Sequence record: MK308676.1
Reading direction: 5' to 3' (one strand)
Length of the DNA stretch: 64,000 nt
Position 1 is the stretch's first letter; each line of letters begins with the position of its first letter. This document shows, one piece after another, positions 57,148-64,000 of the stretch. The position numbers and the translations under genes were made by a program. The notes under the pieces were generated by a model. It saw only the letters and a list, made by a program, of their open reading frames with translations, had not been told where the DNA came from and did not search any database.

Positions 57148-58456
57148 ATGCTAGGATATGACGTCCGTCAATAACACTGTTATCGTTCCAGAACCAGCCA
57201 TTAGGGAGTTCATAGTTGCAAAGGTTTTCAAGCTTAACAACGTGGTAGGTGGGTCTGACTACGTCAAACACCTGGTTTGCAGAGTAGAGCCATTCGATAT
57301 CCAAGGCGTAGTTAGAATCGAACGTACAGCGAGCAACTGCTACGCTGTCTGGCTTTTCTCTGTGAGTGCGAGGATGCATTAACTCAATAATCATACCATC
57401 TTCACCGAAGTGTAGGATGAACTCCTTATAGTTAAGCTCCAACGCTTTAGCGACCCAAGAAGCGTGGATGTTGTAAATTACCTTTTCAGGTTCCTCACCC
57501 TTAACCTTGCGCTCAGATAGGTTCTCGTCGATAAACTTAGAAAGGCCGAGCTCTTCAGTGCTCAGTTCTTTAAGTTCACCATCGTCGAAAGTCATGACCT
57601 TAACCTGACCGCCTAGCGCGCTCTCCACGGTCTGAAGGAACTTACCGAGTTCTTCAAGTAAGTTATGTTCAGCTGCGATTTTAGCCGACCCGTAAGCGTG
57701 CTCAGTTGGCTGAGATGTAGTCTCGCCTTCAGGTAACGCTTGCATGCGGCCTCGCATTTGACGATTAGGCATTGGGCGCTGCATGGCATATGTGTTCGTG
57801 TCGAGGTTGCTCGGAGCAGAAGGTCTTACTGCGGCAAGTAGTTTACTGCTGACTTCCACTACGCGAGCTAGGTGCATTGAAGGATTAAAGCGGTCGTTTG
57901 CTCCGACAAGTTCGGAGAAAGCGACATATAGTCCCTGGACGACGTCGGTAGGTAGACGTGCAATCCACTGAGGTAGACGAGGCTTACGCTCTTCGAAATG
58001 GTCAGCGCGGTACATGTCGTTTAGGAAGTTAACCATCGCTTCCGCTTTACGCGCATCGTCCTCGACCCAGTGCGTAATACATTGGCCTAGTGCATGGAAG
58101 CTGTCGCGACTGACATTTGGACCAGACATCTCAGTGCGGGCTGCTTCAACTATTACTTCCGCAATGCGACGACGTAGTACGTCCAGGGCCCGGCCTTTAG
58201 GACAGCCTTCATCCATTAAGTCTTGAAGCGCTTTAGGGATTTCTTTGCCTAGCTCGTCTATTTTAGTTAACGGTAGCTTTTCAACTGCTTCGGCGACCAA
58301 CAAGCTCGCACGAGTACGAAGCTGTTGAGTTTGGAAAGCTGTTTCTAAAGAACCGAGTGCCGTAGCGCCGATTGCTGTGATTACCGCATCGGTATCGTTG
58401 TGAGTATCCATGATTTGGTTTAGGTCTAGGATAAGTGCTTTAAGTACGTGGTTCAT
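57134..58456 (-). CDS. Hypothetical protein (440 aa), helical N-terminal half
   Basis: Long ORF. Confidence 0.85.
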   Translation of the reverse strand: MNHVLKALILDLNQIMDTHNDTDAVITAIGATALGSLETAFQTQQLRTRASLLVAEAVEKLPLTKIDELGKEIPKALQDLMDEGCPKGRALDVLRRRIAEVIVEAARTEMSGPNVSRDSFHALGQCITHWVEDDARKAEAMVNFLNDMYRADHFEERKPRLPQWIARLPTDVVQGLYVAFSELVGANDRFNPSMHLARVVEVSSKLLAAVRPSAPSNLDTNTYAMQRPMPNRQMRGRMQALPEGETTSQPTEHAYGSAKIAAEHNLLEELGKFLQTVESALGGQVKVMTFDDGELKELSTEELGLSKFIDENLSERKVKGEEPEKVIYNIHASWVAKALELNYKEFILHFGEDGMIIELMHPRTHREKPDSVAVARCTFDSNYALDIEWLYSANQVFDVVRPTYHVVKLENLCNYELPNGWFWNDNSVIDGRHILAYEGK

Positions 58457-58569
58457 AATGAGTCTCGCTTATGTTGAGTGATTTTAAATAGAGTTGTGTT
58501 ATTAGGATAGTGAGATTTCAGCCCGACGGCCAGGGGTAGCCTTTTTGCCGTATTATGGGTTGATAATGA

Positions 58570-58920
58570 CTATAGAGTAATATCGAGTAAGATAGCTTTA
58601 GCTAGGTTTACAGGGCGGCCCTCTTCAGTGCCGTTAGGCACACTGATAGGCTGCGGTACGTACTCGTTGTCAAGTACGTTAACGTTAAGGAACTCAATCA
58701 AGTCATCTAGAGCTTCCTTAGGGGAAGAGCCGATACCCGACTTACGACGTTCCGGTAAACGCGGGTCCGTCTTAATGCGGATGTGACGACGATTGTCTGC
58801 ACTGCGCAACTCGGCGTAGTAAAGAGGGCGCTCTACTTTAGCTTCTGTGCTAATGTAGATTTCTGTACGGAATTCAATTTCTAGATTTTGTTCTTTTAAG
58901 ATAGTAGATAGATTTTTCAT
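58570..58920 (-). CDS. Hypothetical protein with a HicB-like motif
   Basis: YYAEL...GIGSSPKEALDDLIEF resembles the G.T.EEA..N motif. Confidence 0.5.
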   Translation of the reverse strand: MKNLSTILKEQNLEIEFRTEIYISTEAKVERPLYYAELRSADNRRHIRIKTDPRLPERRKSGIGSSPKEALDDLIEFLNVNVLDNEYVPQPISVPNGTEEGRPVNLAKAILLDITL

Positions 58921-58994
58921 AATCTTTGCCTTTAAGAAAAGGAGGCGTTTAACCTCCTTGATTATTTTTAATAGCCTTTATCAAATAGTATGAC

Positions 58995-59177
58995 TTAAGC
59001 CCTGTTCGGATTTAACTGGTCGAATGTCATTTGACGAATCTTCCAGAAATCTCCCCAGGTGACGAAGATATGTTTCTCCGAACCATGGGTATGAGTCGAA
59101 ACGTGTTTGTAATCACCTTCGCCGCTAATGTGCGTGAAAGTTTTTACACCCTCGTCGTCGACGGAAACCTCTGTCAT
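58995..59177 (-). CDS. Small His-rich protein, tandem paralog A (60 aa)
   Basis: AAGGA SD; close paralog of 59372..59551. Confidence 0.85.
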   Translation of the reverse strand: MTEVSVDDEGVKTFTHISGEGDYKHVSTHTHGSEKHIFVTWGDFWKIRQMTFDQLNPNRA

Positions 59178-59371
59178 AAGCTGATTCCTTATGTAAGTGG
59201 CGACGATTTCCCTTTAAGGTGTTACCGCACCTTAAAGGGAACCCTAAGTCCAGTTTTCTCGTAAACTGGCAACGCTGTGACAATCAAAACTAAGTTTTTC
59301 TTAGGTCTCAAGTGGAAGAGTAATACGAGAAAGAGGAGACATTGCAACCTCCTCGTATTTAAGTTGTACTG

Positions 59372-59551
59372 CTAAGCAGCAGGTTTAAGCTGGTCGTGCA
59401 GCATCTGCCGCGCCGTCCAGAAGTCGGTCCATGTGACGAATACGTGTCTTTCTGAACCGTGCTGATGGATTGTGACATGTTTGTAATCGCCCGTCCCATT
59501 TACGTGGGTAAAGGTTTTTACTCCATGTTCATCAACACTTACACTAGTCAT
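59372..59551 (-). CDS. Small His-rich protein, tandem paralog B (start 59551 or 59557)
   Basis: VSVD..GVKTFTH..G.GDYKHV..H.HGSE.H.FVTW.DFW..RQM..DQL.P shared with A. Confidence 0.85.
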   Translation of the reverse strand: MTSVSVDEHGVKTFTHVNGTGDYKHVTIHQHGSERHVFVTWTDFWTARQMLHDQLKPAA

Positions 59552-59761
59552 AAACATAGTTCCTGTGTTAGTTGTAAGTAACTTACTCCTACGGTGCGTC
59601 CACACCGTAGGAGTAACCCTCTTTCTGTTTTCTAGTTAACAGACAACTACAGAACAATCAATATATGTATACTCAAAAAGAAATACACCCATACTCCTAT
59701 CTGCTCGAGCAGATAGGAGGGGGATGTTTTAAAGGATTAATAGTAGAGTAAAAGCATAAAG

Positions 59762-59773
59762 ATAATATAGGTT
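59762..59773 (-). promoter_or_regulatory. Probable early promoter (AACCTATATTAT)
   Basis: 11/12 match to the 4924/47078 motif; intergenic. Confidence 0.65.
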
Positions 59774-59916
59774 ATAGAATCTTTTCAAGTTCAGGACGTA
59801 CGTTTTTAAAAACAGAGTTTGCTTATAGTATAGTAGAAGTCATCACGCCGGACGTCGAGAAACCTCCGTTCGGTTCTTTATTGCTGACACGATATGTTAT
59901 ACTTCTACGACATATA

Positions 59917-59948
59917 CCTCCCTCCTCTGTTTCGGCAGAGGAGGGAGG
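59917..59948 (-). terminator. Terminator hairpin
   Basis: CCTCCCTCCTCTG-N6-CAGAGGAGGGAGG just after the stop at 59957. Confidence 0.7.
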
Positions 59949-59956
59949 ATTATGTT

Positions 59957-60202
59957 TTATTTCAGTAAGTTTTCTAGCCATTTACGTTTGTCTTCACGGA
60001 CGAACGTAAGCGGAACAGGAACAGTGTCTCGACCACTCTTCTTTATTTCCACAGCTTCTCGCACAATAGCGATTTCTTCATTGTTAAAAAAGAAGATGCG
60101 TTCGCGTTCTTCCGATAGCGTCTTCTGTTGGACCTTACCAATTTGTGTTAAGATAGGTCCTACTTCGGAAAAGAAGCCTTGAGGCATTTGGGTCATTTGC
60201 AT
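59957..60202 (-). CDS. Hypothetical protein (81 aa)
   Basis: GGAG SD. Confidence 0.7.
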   Translation of the reverse strand: MQMTQMPQGFFSEVGPILTQIGKVQQKTLSEERERIFFFNNEEIAIVREAVEIKKSGRDTVPVPLTFVREDKRKWLENLLK

Positions 60203-60666
60203 GGGAACATGTCTCCTAGGTCCGCTAGAACAGATGAGTAGTATGGTATCCCTTCGTGGACTTTAGCTTCTAGGTTTACCATGATGGTTTCTACGGTGCC
60301 TTTGGCTGGGTTCTTAACACGAACCACTTCCACGCCGCCTAGCTTATGAATGAAGAAACCGAGGATTTCTCCTTTCTTACAGAACTGGGCCAGATGACGA
60401 TAAGTATCCAGAACCATCTCTACAGTATCGCCTGCTAAACATTCCATGCGGAAGCCTAATGTGATGCCGTAGCTGATAGGGCCATGATACGTATTGTACA
60501 TCTGTAGCTTAGCAGCGCAGTTGTCGAAGAACGGTGGTGCTTTACGGCATACGCAGTCAGGCAATACATAGTTACCCGTTGCGTTTGCAGTCATGTAGAG
60601 ACGATTGATGTCTTCGGTAGCAATCTTCTCGTTAGGTTTTAAATGTAAGCAGAAGAATTTACGCAT
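60193..60666 (-). CDS. Hypothetical protein (157 aa)
   Basis: AGGA SD. Confidence 0.75.
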   Translation of the reverse strand: MRKFFCLHLKPNEKIATEDINRLYMTANATGNYVLPDCVCRKAPPFFDNCAAKLQMYNTYHGPISYGITLGFRMECLAGDTVEMVLDTYRHLAQFCKKGEILGFFIHKLGGVEVVRVKNPAKGTVETIMVNLEAKVHEGIPYYSSVLADLGDMFPCK

Positions 60667-60675
60667 AACTTTATC

Positions 60676-61185
60676 CTAGTCTTTTTGAAGTCTACGAGTC
60701 ACTTCCTCAAACAGCTCTTCATAATCCATGTTGTACTTTAAAGTATCGTCAAAGAAAAGGATGGAGTGAGTGAGTTCGTTTTTATCGTTGACATAGTGAA
60801 CGAAATAGTTAGGTCGTCCTTTTACTTGAACGATGGCTAACGGCGTATAAGGTTTAGAGCGTAGGCAGCCTTTAAAGACTGACAGTAAATCGTAAGCATG
60901 TTGATAAGACATCTCACTTACGAAGGCAGTACGTAATAGGAAGTACCCGGGGCCTACATCGTGGTATTTGTAGTTCCAATCCGGTGCGTCCAGAATTGAG
61001 CCTAGGAGCGTCTCTACGGACTTTCTTAGACTACTCGTTGCATTCGGTCCTTCAAACATATTCTTCGACTCTACGTAGCCCTCATAGCCTAATTTGTAGG
61101 CAAAGTGCTTAAGTGTCGAGAGTAATGATTTGTGTGCGCGAATGCGACTGATGTCCAAAGACATCAGCACGCGTTGGTATGACAT
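60676..61185 (-). CDS. Hypothetical protein (169 aa)
   Basis: GGAGG SD; abuts the upstream stop. Confidence 0.8.
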   Translation of the reverse strand: MSYQRVLMSLDISRIRAHKSLLSTLKHFAYKLGYEGYVESKNMFEGPNATSSLRKSVETLLGSILDAPDWNYKYHDVGPGYFLLRTAFVSEMSYQHAYDLLSVFKGCLRSKPYTPLAIVQVKGRPNYFVHYVNDKNELTHSILFFDDTLKYNMDYEELFEEVTRRLQKD

Positions 61186-61707
61186 TTAGCCCTCCAGAGC
61201 TCTCAATGTTTTGTAGTGAGCGATTTTATCTAGGTCGTAAATTCCCTGCTGTTCAAAGTATTCGCCCCACTTCAGGATGGAAGGTTCAATCTCTACTCGG
61301 TCAGACGGAATAGCGACCCAACCCCAGGAATCAATCTCTAGGCCTCCGTGGTCTCCATCGTTCAGGAAGTCCTGGAGACTAATATTAATCTCCTCGATGA
61401 TGTCTAGTGACGAACAAGGCTTAGATACCTGAGTCTCCGCCAGCATGTAGTCTCTCTGTTTAGCATCGAAGCCGAAGAAGACGAATCGCCAGATAAACTT
61501 AGACGTGTTTAATTCACGTATCCAAGCTGACAGCACCGCGCCTGGAACCTTGACAGTAGATAGTCCTGTACCGTCGGCATTGTGTACAGTCGCTCTTTCT
61601 GCAACAGAAGAGTCTGAAATCCAGATTTGGTCGAAGAAACGTTGGCGAACAGTTTCTAAGTTTTTGTTAGGATTATATTTACGATTTCCTCGTGGTTTCT
61701 TTGCCAT
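61186..61707 (-). CDS. Hypothetical protein with basic N-terminus (KKPRGNRKYNPNK)
   Basis: AAGGT SD. Confidence 0.8.
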   Translation of the reverse strand: MAKKPRGNRKYNPNKNLETVRQRFFDQIWISDSSVAERATVHNADGTGLSTVKVPGAVLSAWIRELNTSKFIWRFVFFGFDAKQRDYMLAETQVSKPCSSLDIIEEINISLQDFLNDGDHGGLEIDSWGWVAIPSDRVEIEPSILKWGEYFEQQGIYDLDKIAHYKTLRALEG

Positions 61708-61723
61708 AATGGTTTCTACCTTT

Positions 61724-62590
61724 TTAGTTGTATGCTATCCAAGTGCCTTCACTGTGCACTGATTGTTTAAACGGGTTTTGTTTAGTGTAACGGATTTTCT
61801 TTCCGGTCTTAGGGTCTGTCCAGTATTCCGTAAAGAATACATGCCCACTACTTACGCCAACCGGCCTTAAGTATTTAACCCAGTTAGGGAATCTACTTAA
61901 ATTGTGCATGGAAATGAAATGCGTTGCCTCTAGAAGCATAGGCTCCTTACCAGAGATGATGCTCTTAGAGAGGTTAACGATTTGATTCCAGCGAGTTCCA
62001 TCTGCTGTACCTGGCTTGGCACTCTTAGGACGGAAGGTTTTACGTTTACCCCAAACTATCTCATGTAAGATACTGGAGTAAGGTTTCATGGATTCGAATT
62101 GGCCTCCGTAACCTTCAGCAGCTACAAGACAGGCATTCGTTTCGTACCAACTTAAGTCCACGCGCTGGTAAACTGAGTTGGCTGTCTTAATGGCATCGAG
62201 CGGAGTCCCTGCTCTTTCTTCTCCATACATGAGAATTGATAAGCAGAGCTCTTCTTGCCAAGGGGCTAAGTTAAGAGTTGGTTGGAAAGTGTTGTTCTCT
62301 GGTTGAGAATGATAAAAGTCTTTGTAGTAGGCCATTGAAGCTTCGACAGATTTAGTTGCGGCCTGGGCAACGACAATCTCTTTTTCGGCATCTGCCAGTT
62401 CGTACTCTAGCTCGTCGGCAAACTCGTGTACGTTTTTCAGTTTATGTTCTAAGATTGTCACCTTCCCGGCATACCAGTTGATATCTTCATACAGGTGAGA
62501 GATGTGACAAAGCGACAGTATAAGAAGAGTGATTAGGGCGCAACAAACTGCGCCCAGACCTGCTTCCATTGGTGAAAGCGTTTTAGCCAT
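61724..62590 (-). CDS. Membrane-anchored SleB/Hydrolase_2-like cell-wall hydrolase (start MAKTLS)
   Basis: N-terminal TM and coiled coil, then CLSILMYGEER, ANSV..RV, GQF and ATHF; AAGGA SD. Confidence 0.75.
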   Translation of the reverse strand: MAKTLSPMEAGLGAVCCALITLLILSLCHISHLYEDINWYAGKVTILEHKLKNVHEFADELEYELADAEKEIVVAQAATKSVEASMAYYKDFYHSQPENNTFQPTLNLAPWQEELCLSILMYGEERAGTPLDAIKTANSVYQRVDLSWYETNACLVAAEGYGGQFESMKPYSSILHEIVWGKRKTFRPKSAKPGTADGTRWNQIVNLSKSIISGKEPMLLEATHFISMHNLSRFPNWVKYLRPVGVSSGHVFFTEYWTDPKTGKKIRYTKQNPFKQSVHSEGTWIAYN

Positions 62591-63236
62591 AGTAAAGTTT
62601 TCCTTTCTTAAGAATGATGGCACAGCGTAGAGGACCGAAACTGTCACGTTCTACAACGCGATGTTTGAAACCTAAGCGCTCAAGTTTATCTACGCTGTCG
62701 TAGTTTAACTGGCCTTCTTTAATCATAACTTGGTCGGTCATAGCCATTACGGCACTGACTGCTGGAGAAGCATCGATGAAATCTAACTTCTCTAAGAACG
62801 ACTGACGATAGCGTGCATCGCATGAGATGTGTTGAAGCCCTTTAAAGAAATCATCCTCAGTTGCATCTTCTAAAGACATGAAGGCGTCCACGGGCTCTGC
62901 TTTCGGTAGGCCCCACTTCTCGGCTACGCGCTCGTTTAGAGCTCGCCATTCGTCGCTATCGGAACTGAGATAGTCGATATCGATATCCAACTCTTCAGCG
63001 ACCTTAACGACGTATTCCAGGATGTGCTTAGCCGTCTCGCGGTAGACTAATTCCTCACCGTCGTATGTAGGCGACTCAGTATTAGGATACCAGCCTGTAC
63101 CTTCTAGGACACAGTCGTAGACGTCGTCTGATAAACCTTCAGCGGCGTAGAAGTTCAAGATAGGTATTGACAGCAGAATGGTCAATAAGTTGTTTTCTTG
63201 GTCTTCAGTCCAATTGCGGCGTAAGTAATTATACAT
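62583..63236 (-). CDS. Conserved phage hypothetical protein (C-terminal RDSFG...KKG..YYG)
   Basis: GGAG SD; 8-nt overlap with the next gene. Confidence 0.75.
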   Translation of the reverse strand: MYNYLRRNWTEDQENNLLTILLSIPILNFYAAEGLSDDVYDCVLEGTGWYPNTESPTYDGEELVYRETAKHILEYVVKVAEELDIDIDYLSSDSDEWRALNERVAEKWGLPKAEPVDAFMSLEDATEDDFFKGLQHISCDARYRQSFLEKLDFIDASPAVSAVMAMTDQVMIKEGQLNYDSVDKLERLGFKHRVVERDSFGPLRCAIILKKGKLYYG

Positions 63237-63269
63237 AGTGGTTTCTCCAAGTTAAAGTTCTTTCCGGTT

Positions 63270-63986
63270 TTAGGCGCCGTTGCCTGGTGTATATAAATCG
63301 AAGAAATACTCTCGAATCTCATCCGTTGTATACTCACCGAAGATATGGTAAGTTTCCACTCTCCAGCGATTTATTTCTATGGGTAAGCTAAACCCCTTAG
63401 GGGTATCGTCGAATGCGTATGTGTGTTCGAGACTGTAACGTACTCGACCGACTGAATAAGGAGCTTCTTCTTTTGCAAGTTCCATTGCTGTGTCTAGTGG
63501 CAGAGGACGCATAGTAATGAAGTTATCTTCATGTACTGCTACCTGACCCATTGCGTCGGGTAAGCAATCGTCTATATCTTTAACGAAGACCTCGTGTAGG
63601 ACATAGCCTCGACCATACAGGTCCTCAATCTTATCTTCCATGAACCACCAGCCCACGAAGCGCTTGGCGACCGTACTGAAATAACTAGCATCTCCGTGAG
63701 CTAGAAAATACAGCGATGGGTGACTTCCACAGTCCCAGCCTATGTCGTCCATTAGTTCAACGGAGTCAGGAGTCTCGAAGAATGTTGGCTCGGGCACATT
63801 TGACATTGTGGGACCGAAGCGGAATAGTCGTTTCTTTGGTTCGTCATCGAAAGTGCGCCCATGCTTCTGTAGAGCATAGCGAGCTTCAATTTGTTTACAT
63901 ACCCATTCCTGGTGTTCTGGAGTTAGGTAGTGTTCTGGATGGGCCATCACCCATTCCGTTTCCGTTACGTTTCCCGGTTTAATCAT
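63270..63986 (-). CDS. Hypothetical protein (238 aa)
   Basis: GAGGA SD. Confidence 0.8.
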   Translation of the reverse strand: MIKPGNVTETEWVMAHPEHYLTPEHQEWVCKQIEARYALQKHGRTFDDEPKKRLFRFGPTMSNVPEPTFFETPDSVELMDDIGWDCGSHPSLYFLAHGDASYFSTVAKRFVGWWFMEDKIEDLYGRGYVLHEVFVKDIDDCLPDAMGQVAVHEDNFITMRPLPLDTAMELAKEEAPYSVGRVRYSLEHTYAFDDTPKGFSLPIEINRWRVETYHIFGEYTTDEIREYFFDLYTPGNGA

Positions 63987-64000
63987 TTTAGTTTCCTCTT

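Noticed and set aside
59301-59342. uORF MSPLSRITLPLET with a GAGGAGG SD
   Set aside because: The SD and ATG are the 5' arm and loop of the upstream gene's terminator; probably coincidental

Overview
This window is a 64 kb segment of a phiKZ-like jumbo phage, most likely infecting Vibrionaceae. The phiKZ-like call rests on TATATTAC-type early promoters, two paralogous inner-head proteins with [S/A]MES/AMEG prohead-protease motifs, an SF2 helicase and a phiKZ-type terminase-like domain. The host inference comes from a thymidylate kinase that resembles Vibrio Tmk and from PhoH, a gene common in marine phages. Recognisable genes are thyX, tmk, ligA, cca, phoH, an RlaP/NrdC.11-like nucleotidyltransferase, an HNH endonuclease, HD and HAD hydrolases, a kinase-fold protein, a GH19 endolysin, an SleB-like hydrolase and an 8.3 kb tail-fibre/adhesin block. 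About half of the ORFs have no function I can assign. The strongest candidate for a new system is a chitin-interaction module: a GH18 chitinase with an intact DxxDxDxE motif behind a late-type promoter, plus a protein with five CBM5/12-like repeats next to the fibre cluster. Other leads are an in-frame TGA in a fibre gene, a 6-nt-loop hairpin 31-32 nt before three early genes, fixed-geometry back-to-back early/late promoters, an unannotated 20-aa Gly/Cys peptide and a truncated terminase paralog. I saw no tRNA, rRNA or CRISPR array by eye. All family calls come from motif recognition, not database searches.
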